The translations under genes were made by a program, and so were the position numbers. From contig JAANOX010000034.1 in the NCBI GenBank assembly GCA_020184695.1, forward strand, positions 310,001 to 374,000: a stretch of DNA of 64,000 nucleotides, given 5' to 3'. Numbering within the stretch: position 1 is the stretch's first letter; the number at the start of each line of letters is the position of its first letter. This document shows positions 10,598 to 21,790 of the stretch, one piece after another. The notes beneath the pieces were generated by a model, which saw only the letters and a program-made list of their open reading frames with translations, did no database searches and had not been told where the DNA came from. This stretch comes from Histomonas meleagridis 2922-C6/04-290x. Lineage: Eukaryota; Protista; Parabasalia.

Positions 10598-11311
10598 ATG
10601 AGCAAGCCATACATTGTATGTCACATGCTTACATCCCTTGATGGTAAAATCACTGGTCCTTACATGAAAACACTTGAACTTGATCAATCAAATGATCATT
10701 ATGAAACAACCAATGATTCTTATCATCCAGATGCTTGGGTATGTGGCCGTGTCACCACCGATGAAAACTTCACATTTTATGCCAAACCAGATATTGATGA
10801 AAATGCACCCGAAGTTCCTGAAGGTGATTATGTAGCAAAAGATAATTGTGAAATGTACTATGTTTCAGTTGATACATCTGGTCGTATTGGTTGGAAAACT
10901 AATTCACTTAAATATCTTAATCGACCAGAAGCACATATTATTGAAGTTTTAAGTGAGAAAGTACCAAATTCATATCGTGCATTTCTACGTAAGCATGAAA
11001 TTTCATATATTATTGCAGGAAAAGAACATATTGACTGTCAACTCACTGTTGATAAACTTCAAAAACTTTTCCACATCGAAAAATTAATGATTGAAGGCGG
11101 AGGATTCATTAATTATACGTTTTTGCAAGCCGGATTAATTGATGAACTTAGCATTGTTCTTGCACCTCTTGCAGATGGTGAAAACAACACTGTTACCCTC
11201 TTCGAAAGATCCGATTTCATGGATCCGAAAACATTCACGTTTACATTAAAAGATGTTCAAAAACTCGAAGGAGGAACAGTATGGCTCAAATATTTAGTGA
11301 ATAAAAATTAA
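10598..11311 (+). CDS. RibD C-terminal (DHFR-like fold) reductase, bacterial type
   Basis: PYIVCHMLTSLDGKI, LMIEGGGFINYTFLQAGLIDELSIVLAP and terminal GGTVWLKY are hallmark RibD_C motifs. Confidence 0.85.
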   Translation: MSKPYIVCHMLTSLDGKITGPYMKTLELDQSNDHYETTNDSYHPDAWVCGRVTTDENFTFYAKPDIDENAPEVPEGDYVAKDNCEMYYVSVDTSGRIGWKTNSLKYLNRPEAHIIEVLSEKVPNSYRAFLRKHEISYIIAGKEHIDCQLTVDKLQKLFHIEKLMIEGGGFINYTFLQAGLIDELSIVLAPLADGENNTVTLFERSDFMDPKTFTFTLKDVQKLEGGTVWLKYLVNKN

Positions 11312-11688
11312 TTTTTTTTTTTATGTTTTTGTTTGGATTAAGATAGTTACAAATTTCATTAAATTAATGTAATTAAGAATGAAATACTATAAATTGTAAT
11401 CTGTTCGTTGAAAAAGTATTTGATAATGTAATATAGAATATTTATCAAATTATGTTTATTTTACTGTATGGAATGGTAAATTAATCAAGATTTATTTTGT
11501 ATATATTTGGAATAGTACTTATTCATAATTCGCTGTGTTAATTTAGTATGACAATTTAATTCTAAAATCATATTTGATCAAAAATGAGATATTTCAAATT
11601 TTAAGCATTTAATACGAATGAAAACAATGAAAAAACAAATTATAAGCTCAAGAACCTTTATTTAATACATGTTTAAATTATTATTTAT

Positions 11689-12771
11689 TTATTTATTATC
11701 TGTTTGATTATTCACAGAATTTATCATATTTGATAATTTATCAATGCGTTCATTGAGATATTCCAAAGTTTCTCTGATTTCATTAAATCTTTTAATGTTT
11801 GCTTTACTACAGCCATCTGTTCCGTCTTCACATAATCCATTCCACCAATCAACAATGCCATTTAAGAATGGAATTATCTTCGACATCACAAGCACAATTC
11901 GATCGATTACAAAGAATGGGAAATACAAAACAGTTCGGATCAATAACAACAAATTATCGAAAATAAATCGGAAAACTTTGCCAATAAACTGTATAATTAA
12001 CTTAATTGGATTCGGCGGTTTGATAAAATGAATGTTTCGAAGACGAATAACAATTTGTTTGAAGAAATCGAAGACAAAATCAAGATGAACAAAACTGAAA
12101 ACTTGATGAATAAATGTGAAGATAAGAGTAAAAATACGAACAAAGAAATTATATATGCTAAGAATAATGAATCTAATGAAGTTGTAAAGAGTGATAAATA
12201 TATGGGGTAACATGGGGAAAAGAGTCGAAAGTTTAACAAAGAAGGATCTAATAGAGTCAATTATGAAAAAGATAACTTTGAATAATTGAATGCATATGTA
12301 TTTGAAGAAAAAGAGTATATTTATGAAGATATCGGCAAAGAAATCATGCAGGAGAGTAAAGAACCATCGAAAAGAAAGTGATATGCGCGTAAGAAAATAG
12401 AGTATGTAATTCATAAATTTCAAAAGATTGATGGCTATGAATAAAAAGAGTTTAATGAATTGGTCTATAATAAAATTAAAAAGTTCCAAAATCCTGATTC
12501 CAATACATCGAATAAATTTGAATAGATTACCAAATTTATTCCAAAATTTTAACAATGCCTTGGTAACAAATTCTGGGATTAAGTCTGGTAATGAATAAGA
12601 CCTGATAGGGATTTTATCCTCTGGTTTTGGTAAAATTTTCACAATTGAGATGGCCAATAAAATCGAAATAAATATAATCAATAATTCTGAAATCCTAAAG
12701 TAATTCTGCTTGATAACAGTTTGTGAGAGTCTTGTTGTTTTTTCTTGAATTGATTTTTGGAAGTTAGGCAT
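11689..12771 (-). CDS. Hypothetical membrane-associated protein with long Phe/Ile-rich amphipathic helices and a C-terminal coiled coil
   Basis: 360-aa ORF; N-terminal TM segment (LLIIFISILLAISIV), about 240 aa of periodic hydrophobic helix, and EYLNERIDKLSNMI coiled coil. Confidence 0.65.
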   Translation of the reverse strand: MPNFQKSIQEKTTRLSQTVIKQNYFRISELLIIFISILLAISIVKILPKPEDKIPIRSYSLPDLIPEFVTKALLKFWNKFGNLFKFIRCIGIRILELFNFIIDQFIKLFLFIAINLLKFMNYILYFLTRISLSFRWFFTLLHDFFADIFINILFFFKYICIQLFKVIFFIIDSIRSFFVKLSTLFPMLPHIFITLYNFIRFIILSIYNFFVRIFTLIFTFIHQVFSFVHLDFVFDFFKQIVIRLRNIHFIKPPNPIKLIIQFIGKVFRFIFDNLLLLIRTVLYFPFFVIDRIVLVMSKIIPFLNGIVDWWNGLCEDGTDGCSKANIKRFNEIRETLEYLNERIDKLSNMINSVNNQTDNK

Positions 12772-12835
12772 TTACCTTGGTTTTAATCCGAGCAAACATA
12801 GTCAAATTGGTTCCTTGACTGAATGCTTATCATTA

Positions 12836-14181
12836 CCCTGATGTCTTTCCAATTCGCGATTTTTACGACCGTTAAAAACCGTTTCTCTCAATATGAATAC
12901 TTTCTGTCTGAAAGAAAATTAATGAATAAATGTTTTATTCATAGATTGACCAAGACTCTTGGATTATATTGGGTTGCAGGTGTTCCCATGCCCAAACCAT
13001 GCATTGTGCTGCTTGTAATTTGGTAAATTTTTTTTCATTGTTTTGATTGTACTCTTTTCGAAACAGATAACGTGCTGTAGCCTTCAAACACCCGAAGACC
13101 CTTCGATCTAATGGTTGAAATTCATCAGTCATACGGGGTGGTATGAAATATAATTTAATCTTCAGAGTTTCTGCCAAATCAATAATTGATTGACATTTGT
13201 GGGATTTATATGAGTCAAGTAACAAATGTATAAGATCTTCGTCATTGAAGTTTTGTCGGAGGAACAGTAAATATTCATAAAACGTTTCCTCAGTGGTCCG
13301 GCCGTTTTCTGAGTGGGTGGAGATGTGAGGTGAAACATCACTAATTTGTGTTGTTTCTACAAGATCAGTCTTCCCTTTTGCTATAAAATATAGAAGAATT
13401 TTGATTCCATCTAAACGTATGCTTGCCACGACAGTCATTGATGCCTTCGGTGAAGAATTTAAGTTGATCGATATTCCATCAGATCCTCTTTCTGCCCAAG
13501 TTACCATACCATTTGGAAAACACTTTAAGCATGTTTCATCCACATTGCCAATTCTACTATGATCAACATAAGTAAGATAGTTATGTATTGTTTCGATCCA
13601 ATTAGATTTTTCTTTATCAGTCACATTTGGTCTCATTTTAGAATGTGAAACTCTAGAAGATAGATGGTTTCTCTTTTTTAAATTCTGCGATAAATTGGTG
13701 TGAAACTAAAAAATCTATCATTTCTTCAAAATTAGTTATATCTTGATATTCTGTTAGATATGCATTCATAGCGATTATTATGAAGTCTTCATTGGTAAAC
13801 ACATAACCTGGTTGTAAAAAACAATCGACAATAAAATCCTTAATTGATTGTTCTTCTATGTCTGTAAATATATTATAATGATCACTTCCATGATCATTAT
13901 ACCATGGTCTCCAAGCAGGATTATGCTTTAATTTATATTTCCGAGATCTTAAGGTGGAATCAGGAATTTGACTTGTTTGTGCAATCTTAGAAATTCTTGG
14001 GTATCCTCTTGAAATCTGAATTATAACACATTCGAGCATTGGCCTTTTTTTGTATTTCGTGTAGTCTTTATGGAGTTTTCCTGGAAATATATTGCTGTGC
14101 ATTGTGGCCACACTAGGCCGTTTACTATTTTTTGAATAATATAAACGGTCGTAAAAATCGCGAAATGGATAGACATCAGGG
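12836..14181 (-). mobile_element. pogo/Tc5-like (Tc1/mariner superfamily) DNA transposon, 1346 bp, 38-bp TIRs, TA target duplication
   Basis: TIRs at 12836-12873 and 14144-14181 (ccctgatgtct[t/a]tcca[a/t]ttcgcgatttttacgaccgtt, 2 mismatches), each flanked by TA; internal HTH plus DDE_1 transposase. Confidence 0.92.
12935..14102 (-). pseudogene. DDE_1 (pogo/CENP-B-like) transposase split by one frameshift near 13674-13679
   Basis: IGNVDET, LLLDSYKSH and FQPLDRRVFGCLK carry the D,D,D residues; removing one A from the A6 run joins FKK to RNHLSSRVSHSKMRP. Confidence 0.85.
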
Positions 14182-15757
14182 TATAATGTTCGATATTATC
14201 ACTTATTTATATGAGTTTTCTAATACTACTAAGTTATTGTTATTATGTTTAAATGCTATTTTTATGATGGGACTGTTTGTGATATTAAGGTTGTATAATT
14301 CTTTTGATCTTCATTAAATATTGCTGCATTATATGGACTCGATTTGATGACGCATTCATGATTAATTCGTTTTAGTTCACTCATTGCTGTAACGAAATAG
14401 TCTGCAAATAATAAGAATTATAGTTTTGTTATTTTTATTGCATAGAATTCTTTATCTTGTTAATGACTTTTCTAATTGGATAAGAATCTTCTTCTGCGCA
14501 CTTTGAAATGAAAATTCTATTTCAATGTTTGGGCTTTCTTTATTTAACGCATATATTATCCATATTTACAAGTTATTTTTTTCAGTAATATTAATTTCTT
14601 GATCAATCAATAATATTTTAATATTTCCACTGGAAATATTACTAAAATATGCAAAAAATCAAATCGCATATCTTTTAGTTCTATTTTACAAAAAAATGTT
14701 GTATCAAAATTCTCATCTGATATCAACAATTAATAGCTATTGGCGTATCATCCGAATTATCAGATACCATACGCCAACCTAATAATGGTTATCAAACATG
14801 AACTGATGATTATGCGGAAAGAGACAACGATTCTTTTGTTCAATATCTTCAGAATTTTAATGATTTATCATCGAATAGGTTCAAAGATTTTATTTATTCT
14901 GTGTTTTTTTTCAACATCCATCAACTGATTTTGAGTTTGAAACAACTTTTACATTTTTTCGTTTCCTGCTTTTTATTAAATTTTTTATATTTTCCTTAAA
15001 GGATTTATTGATTCAATTATTGTTTTACCTGAGATGTCAGCGTCTAATGGAAACTTATGAATTTGCAAAGTATTACTGAAATGAAATTTTATTCATTTGA
15101 TGAAAAATGATTGACCAGAATTCGCCTTCTTGCTTTTTTGAATGGTCCCCTACTTTTTGAATACTTTTTTGTTTTTTGAAATGATTATCTTGTCTAAAAT
15201 TTATCATGATATGAAATTTACATAATTTCAAAGGAAAATTACTTTAAAATTCTTACTGTTGAAATATAATTTTTGGTAATTATGGCTACTGCACTGACTT
15301 TACACACACCACAACATATGCAAGTAACATCTATTATCAACCCCACCTCAACCACAAGCAACATTTACCACATACACAAGTATCGTCCACTCATATTTTC
15401 AATCCAACATGGATTGTTTCAATTCTCAAATATTTGCATACTTAATCAAAAAAATACTAGGTGAAATATGTTCTCTTATTACATTCAAAATAATCGTCAA
15501 CTAGAGAAAAAAATTCATTTTATTTTTTATTTAAATTTTTTGTTTCAATAAGGTCTCAATCTTCAGTAATAAAACCTGAGGAGACAATTGTTTTTCAATA
15601 GGCGACTGTTACCAACCCCAAAAAATAAATCCGATTAGGGATCACGGTCAATTTTTAATATTGCTGTGAAAAATTATTTAATAAAATCTCCAACTGGAAA
15701 AAATTATAAAAATTAGAATTACTGGTATAACAGATTACTACCAATATAAATATTTTA

Positions 15758-16600
15758 TTAATTTTTATTTTTCATCTTAGTTTTATTTCGTTTTTCTTTT
15801 CCGTTTGTTCTTAATGCATCAATTTCTTCTTCCGCAAATTGAGGATTTTCCGCTATGTTCATTCCTCTTGGCGACACTTCTTTTGAACCTTCGGTTTCTT
15901 GACTTAATAGTTTCATTAGTGCAGAAATCGCATCTCTATTGTCGATTGATTCCTTATCTTCGCCTGGTGATATTAAAAGAGGAGAATCAAAAGACTTTTG
16001 TCGAAGCTTTGATTTTGCAATTCCAATGAATTTAATGATGTCTTTGAAGCGTGTACAAAGTTCACTTTGTTTGTTAGATGTATAAATTATTCCGAAATTC
16101 TGTTGAGATGCAATTGAACGAATTCCATTATTAATGATTTCTTTCTCATTGGGATCCCTAAGATCAAACAAATCGTAATGTGTGCACGCAAAAAATACAG
16201 AGCGTCTATTGTTTCCAAAACGTGATGTAATAAGATCAGCCCAACTAAGACCATCTAAAATAGATGAAGAGTTAGTAAGGTTAATGCATATGAAAATGAG
16301 GAAATTAGGTTTGGATGATTCACTGATAATTGTGTCAAGAATGCGATCTAATTGAAGACCACCTCCAAGCTCCCAAAAATGAAGAGTGTGCGAATGGCCA
16401 GAAACCTTTACAGTACAGCTTTGATATGATAGAGCAAGTGTTGGATGAGGTTGGTCATCTGCTTTATTGAAAAAAATATTTTGTAATGTAGTTTTGCCTG
16501 AACGTTCTGATCCAACAAATAAAAAGTTTGGCTCAGATGCACCGAGATCTGGTTGGGTTATTGATGAATTTTTAATCAATTCCCCCCAAACATCGCTCAT
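15758..16600 (-). CDS. DYNC2LI1: Cytoplasmic dynein-2 light intermediate chain
   Basis: FVGSERSGKTT, PTLALSY, HFWELGGG and C-terminal NPQFAEEEIDALR match D2LIC motifs. Confidence 0.8.
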   Translation of the reverse strand: MSDVWGELIKNSSITQPDLGASEPNFLFVGSERSGKTTLQNIFFNKADDQPHPTLALSYQSCTVKVSGHSHTLHFWELGGGLQLDRILDTIISESSKPNFLIFICINLTNSSSILDGLSWADLITSRFGNNRRSVFFACTHYDLFDLRDPNEKEIINNGIRSIASQQNFGIIYTSNKQSELCTRFKDIIKFIGIAKSKLRQKSFDSPLLISPGEDKESIDNRDAISALMKLLSQETEGSKEVSPRGMNIAENPQFAEEEIDALRTNGKEKRNKTKMKNKN

Positions 16601-16772
16601 TTTTTAATCAGGTTTATTGAATTAATAAAGATCGTTATTTAAATTCATAAACGGCCACAAAAAAATTTAAACGATTGTATTTGATTCAATTATTTCCCGC
16701 CATCACTGTACGTTTGCAGCACTTTTTTATGATTTATTATGGCGGTTCGACTTGTTTGCGCCACCATTTTTA

Positions 16773-19700
16773 ATGACACAAGAATTACATGAACTTTATA
16801 CGCTTACACTTTCTCAAAATATCCCTGATGAACAAAGGTATGCAATTTCACAGAAATTACTTCAAATTTACAAAGAGCCAAATGCATTATTCCCACTCAT
16901 CGAAATCATTACTCTTTCACCAAATAATACCATAAGGCTTTCCGCTGTTTTAGGTCTTAAGAAATGTTTGAATAACACATGGAAAATGGTTCTAGAGACA
17001 GATGCCAAAGAACAAATCAAAGCAAAATTTTTTGACTTACTCCAAAGAGAATCTGATTTAAATATAGGATTTAACATTATTAATGCTTATGAGATTGTTC
17101 TTCAAACTGAAACAAAATGTTGGGAAAATTTATTTAATTTCATCCAGCAATTACCAAAATTAAATCAAAACTTGGATGCGCTTCAATTGACAATGTACTT
17201 AATAGGTTCACTCCCTAGATGGATGCCAGAAGAAATTACGGCCAATTTTTTCCCAACATATATGACATTTGCAAATGAAGCCTTCCAATCTAATAACCAA
17301 GAAAGAATTGGATGTGCATGTGAAATGACTGGTATTCTCATAGGTTTTATTCCAGCAAATACAATATCAATAACACTTGAACCTTTCAAATATATGCTTG
17401 AAGTCTTTAAAAATTCTCTTTTTACAGAAAACTACAACCTCATATGTCAAGTTGCTAATTCCTTAAATGATGCAGTTTCAGGAAATTCTCTTCCAATTGT
17501 ACCAGAACAAGTTTTAGAAGCACTTTTATCCATCCTTACTACTCCTGGTATTTCTGTTGATAAATACATCCACATTTTTAATCCAATTATGGCTCTTATT
17601 CATAGATTTGGAGAACACTTATCGATGGCTACAGCAACACTGATACAAACCGTTATAACCGTTGTGGCGACCGTTTCCAATGGCTTATTCTATGAATATA
17701 ATAGCGATGCATCTTATATTGCAAGCACCATTGAAGAAGCAGCTGATAATCTCAAAGATCCAAATTTCTACGAGATATTAAAACAATGTTCACAAATGGC
17801 AACAACAGAACCTTTATTACTTGCATATGCAATTGTTTTCTTCTTTGCGATTGAAAAGCTCAGTGAAGATATCCTCGCCAATATTACAGAAGTTCTTAAC
17901 ATTGTTTTTCAATGGCTTGGAAATCCATCTCTTCAACTTCGTGAAGTTGCTCTTCTTTGCATTAATGACATTGGTGGAATCCTTACAGAAGAGCAATCTG
18001 ATGTTTCAATCACTCTTATCAATAATCTTCTTCCATTTATTTCATGTAATGTATATGAACTTTCCAAAGCATCATTAATAGCTCTTATTACAATTCTAGG
18101 TGAGACTCCAATCTCTTCTGATATTATACAACCCATCATTACCTCACTTTTTGCTGTAATTTTTAATGAAAATCCTGAGATCAAGCAACTTCATCCATTA
18201 GCCATTGAATCACTTTCTGATTGTGTCATTGATGCCGAAGAAGACATTATTCCATTTGTACAGCAAATATTTCCACTTTTAAGTCAAGCCGCAAATTCAA
18301 ATGATCCCATTCTTAAGACGCAAGCCATTCCAGCTATTGGTATGCTTCTTCGTTTTGCGCCAAATGAGCTTGACTCTGTTTTTGAGCAAACTCTACAACT
18401 TATTTTACTTTCAGGACGAACTGATGATTTAGAAATGCGAAATTCCGTCATGTTTTCAGTTGGAAATTTAATTATAGGGCAATTTCCGATATTAATGAAA
18501 TACAAAGAAAATATTATCGAGCTTGTCGACACATTCTTTACACAAGATTTATTTACTGAAACTAATGATGAGCCTGAAGATGAAGAAGGTTACTTCCCTG
18601 CATCAATCAACGGTTTGACATCAATTTTATTATTAATCAAATGGATCTTTAAATGTTATCCCACACTTGCTCCTGAAGATCCAACCAAATGGTTAAATGT
18701 ACCAATTGTTTGTATGTCATTTCCTTATCAAGAATTACAGCTAAATGCTATATCTGCAGGTATGTATGGTGCTGTATTTGCAAATGATTTCGTCCCATTT
18801 TTAGAAGGTTTAGTTCCACTATTCGACTCAGATGATGCTAAAGTCGTTGCAAAATGTTTCAAGTCAATTAAATTCTTAATAATAAGAAAGATGGAAATAC
18901 CAGAACAGTTTTTAAATGCTTCATTACAAAAGGCTTTCTTATCAATTGAACATAAATTAAAATTCCAAAAGAATAGCGAATGGGGCGCCCCTGAATCACA
19001 GAAACTTTTTGACTTCTTTATGGCGGTTTTGACATGCTTACCAAATGTTTTTCCATTTACAAAGTTTATCGATAAGGGTAAAATGCTCTTAACAAAGAAT
19101 TATAAATTCTTTGAATTAGCGCAATATATAAATGTGCTTACAACAGCTTATAAAATGTTTCATTCACAAATGCAACCACTTTCCAAGAAATTTTTCCTTA
19201 ATATCATTAAGTCATCAGTAGCAAAATATTTGGAAATATACACTGGTGAAAATGATGATGTTAAACCATTTTATGCAAATCCATCACCAATCGATGCGAT
19301 TTCAACAATTCTCGAATTTGATGAAGAATCTGTTTTAGATCAAATCCAACAACTTCTTCAATTCACAGAGAAAGCGTTTTCATCACAATATAATGGAGAA
19401 ACATATTATCACTCGACAATTGCACATTCAATTGTCTTTCTATGTGCAATAATTCGGAAACATAACGATCAATTTAACCAATACATAGCGCCAATTCTCT
19501 CGAAGCTTCCATTAAAAAGTGAATTCCAATTGGCAGAGTTTATCTACTCGACTTTGATACAGAACATCAATGTGCAAAACCCAGTGGTACAACAAATGGC
19601 ACCAGAGATATTACGCGTGTTTGCTCAAACGCTTGGCGTCAAAAACAGAGAGTTCGGTTTGTTTGGATTTTCACAGCAAACCGAACAAGGAATTGTGAAC

Positions 19701-19805
19701 TTAACGCGACAAATTGTCAGCGCGATTCCAAACGCTAACGAAGTTGTCACATCACTGTTCACAAACCAACAATCGCTCAACCGTTTCACACAAAAGATTC
19801 AATAA
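16773..19805 (+). CDS. Importin-beta/karyopherin family HEAT-repeat protein (importin-4-like)
   Basis: About 1010 aa; N-terminal IBN_N-like segment (NALFPLIEII...IRLSAVLGLKKCL...W) followed by HEAT repeats. Confidence 0.75.
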   Translation: MTQELHELYTLTLSQNIPDEQRYAISQKLLQIYKEPNALFPLIEIITLSPNNTIRLSAVLGLKKCLNNTWKMVLETDAKEQIKAKFFDLLQRESDLNIGFNIINAYEIVLQTETKCWENLFNFIQQLPKLNQNLDALQLTMYLIGSLPRWMPEEITANFFPTYMTFANEAFQSNNQERIGCACEMTGILIGFIPANTISITLEPFKYMLEVFKNSLFTENYNLICQVANSLNDAVSGNSLPIVPEQVLEALLSILTTPGISVDKYIHIFNPIMALIHRFGEHLSMATATLIQTVITVVATVSNGLFYEYNSDASYIASTIEEAADNLKDPNFYEILKQCSQMATTEPLLLAYAIVFFFAIEKLSEDILANITEVLNIVFQWLGNPSLQLREVALLCINDIGGILTEEQSDVSITLINNLLPFISCNVYELSKASLIALITILGETPISSDIIQPIITSLFAVIFNENPEIKQLHPLAIESLSDCVIDAEEDIIPFVQQIFPLLSQAANSNDPILKTQAIPAIGMLLRFAPNELDSVFEQTLQLILLSGRTDDLEMRNSVMFSVGNLIIGQFPILMKYKENIIELVDTFFTQDLFTETNDEPEDEEGYFPASINGLTSILLLIKWIFKCYPTLAPEDPTKWLNVPIVCMSFPYQELQLNAISAGMYGAVFANDFVPFLEGLVPLFDSDDAKVVAKCFKSIKFLIIRKMEIPEQFLNASLQKAFLSIEHKLKFQKNSEWGAPESQKLFDFFMAVLTCLPNVFPFTKFIDKGKMLLTKNYKFFELAQYINVLTTAYKMFHSQMQPLSKKFFLNIIKSSVAKYLEIYTGENDDVKPFYANPSPIDAISTILEFDEESVLDQIQQLLQFTEKAFSSQYNGETYYHSTIAHSIVFLCAIIRKHNDQFNQYIAPILSKLPLKSEFQLAEFIYSTLIQNINVQNPVVQQMAPEILRVFAQTLGVKNREFGLFGFSQQTEQGIVNLTRQIVSAIPNANEVVTSLFTNQQSLNRFTQKIQ

Positions 19806-20337
19806 ATATAATTAACTTTTTCGATGTTTATTAACCGCTTAATTGAAATCTACGTCTATCGTAGGCCAGACTTCAGAAATGTCTATCGGTTTCTCAGAAT
19901 TTGTTAAAAAGAAACGAAATGTCTTTTGGCGATTGCTTTGCAGAAAGATGACTCCGCGTTGTTACATGGGTCATCTACATTCAGCAATTACAAAGTCATC
20001 TTTATGTGAATTAATCTAATAGGCATATTTCACATAAAATAATTTTATCATTGCAATTTCTCTGTTGAACAAATGACTTTTTAAATGAAATTGTGTGAAT
20101 AACCGTTTATTACGACGATAGGAAATGAGTGGAAACTTGTGTTTGACTATGTGTGAGTTAGCAATAAAACAGAATTTGGAATATGTTTTATGAGATTACG
20201 GTGGTAGCTGTTGGTTAAAATTGAAAATAGTTTGAGGAAATGGTTTTGATTTGGTTAAACTGTAAGAATTTATTAATTGGAATGTAGGAGAACGTTTATT
20301 GTTGCCCAGCCTCTTTACAAAAAAGAGATTCGCCAAA

Positions 20338-21294
20338 ATGTATATCGAAATACCAAGAAATAACCAGAAATTACATAACCAAAAAGAACTTTCAAACATG
20401 TCAGATAAGGATTTCATGGATTTATTTCAACCAACACATCCATCATTCTTAATGAAATTATATCGATTATTTTGTTTTATTGTATTTTTGGGTCCAATTA
20501 AGATGATTCTTGTTGTATTTTTCTTTTTCTTATTTTTTATTACTGTTACAATTCTTCCAATTTTTAAACGCTTTTTCAAAACGCCTCGTGCCTTCAAAAC
20601 CTGGGCATTTCATGTTTGCAGGCCATTTGTACGTCTAGCTCTTTTCTTTTTAGGTATTGTTAAGATCAATGTTCATGGGCGTATTCATCCAGATTCTCGT
20701 ACTATTGTTGCAAATCATCTTTCCTTAGTTGAAACAGTCCTTCTTCTCCATCAATTTCCAGTCTCATATTTAGCAGCTTCATATCTATCAACAAATACGT
20801 TTATTAAACGAACTGCAGAGATTTTTGATTTTGTCTTTGTTGACCGTTCCAAACGACAAAACATATCCACGCATCTTGTTAACATTGCTAATGATCCTAG
20901 TCTTCTTCCTGTTGTTGTATTTCCGGAGGGCAAAGTCACAAATGGCGAAGCTCTTGTTGGCTTTCGAAGTGGCGCATACATATCTGAGACTCTTGTTCAA
21001 CCAGTTGCTATACGTTATAGGCTCTGGTTAACACCAAGAAGTATGTCAACCATTTCATGGAACGAAGATTTCCTTCCGCTATACATATATCAGCATTTTA
21101 GTATCCCGTTCATGACAGTTGATTTGGATTGTCTTGAACCAATAAATTGGAAGGGATCAAATAAATCGCCAAAGGAAAGAGCAGCAGAATCAGAATTACA
21201 AATCGCAAATCATTTGGGAACATTAGCTTGTTGTAGAACGAATAAGGAATTGTTTACCAAAAAAGACGACCCTTTGAGAAATAAAGCGGAGTAA
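20338..21294 (+). CDS. Lysophospholipid/glycerolipid acyltransferase (PlsC family, LPCAT-like)
   Basis: IVANHLSLVE, FVDRS, VVFPEGKVTNG and FRSGAY motifs, with an N-terminal TM segment. Confidence 0.85.
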   Translation: MYIEIPRNNQKLHNQKELSNMSDKDFMDLFQPTHPSFLMKLYRLFCFIVFLGPIKMILVVFFFFLFFITVTILPIFKRFFKTPRAFKTWAFHVCRPFVRLALFFLGIVKINVHGRIHPDSRTIVANHLSLVETVLLLHQFPVSYLAASYLSTNTFIKRTAEIFDFVFVDRSKRQNISTHLVNIANDPSLLPVVVFPEGKVTNGEALVGFRSGAYISETLVQPVAIRYRLWLTPRSMSTISWNEDFLPLYIYQHFSIPFMTVDLDCLEPINWKGSNKSPKERAAESELQIANHLGTLACCRTNKELFTKKDDPLRNKAE

Positions 21295-21468
21295 AGTACA
21301 ATACGAAATATGAATAAAAATTCTTTCTTTATTAAAAAGCTGTTTAATAATCGATGTATTATTTTGTGGTTATCTTTAGTTTAAATACAATTATATGGTG
21401 CTTGGAAAGTTTGTATGATTTTTCCAATTTTTAATATTTTTTTAAAAATAATATAATATATTGATTCT

Positions 21469-21790
21469 TTACTCAATATACTCTCCATTCATATGGATAC
21501 ATTGTTTCAATCTTCTTATTCGAGAGTGATATTATTATTTCTTCTTGGGTGAATTGATTCAAAATTTTCGTTATCTCAATTTTAAGATCGCTAATTTTCG
21601 GGAACACTAATTTCCTACCATCCTTACTTTTACCGTACCAAAGAGCCCAAAGTCGCATGGTGCTAGATCGGGAAATAGGCTGGATGATCTAATTTTAAGA
21701 AGTTTGTGGTTAATATCAACTTTTTTTACTTTTTTTGCAGTATGAGGCCTTGCATTATTATAATGAACACTCCATTTTAAACCGTTGGAA
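21469..21790 (-). mobile_element. Degenerate mariner transposase C-terminal fragment
   Basis: Across frameshifts it reads HYNNARPHTAK, HPAY-PDLAPCDFGLFGTVK (mariner YSPDLAPxDF) and RRLKQCIHMNGEYIE*. No TIR pair found. Confidence 0.8.

Noticed and set aside
16741-16770. tRNA-like GGTTCGAC...GCCACCA
   Set aside because: No acceptor-stem partner, D arm or anticodon arm; better explained as promoter motifs before ATG 16773.
19879-20019. 46-codon ORF (MSIGFSEFVKKKR...) or ncRNA after the importin gene
   Set aside because: No recognisable motif, snoRNA box pair or stable structure; cannot be supported.
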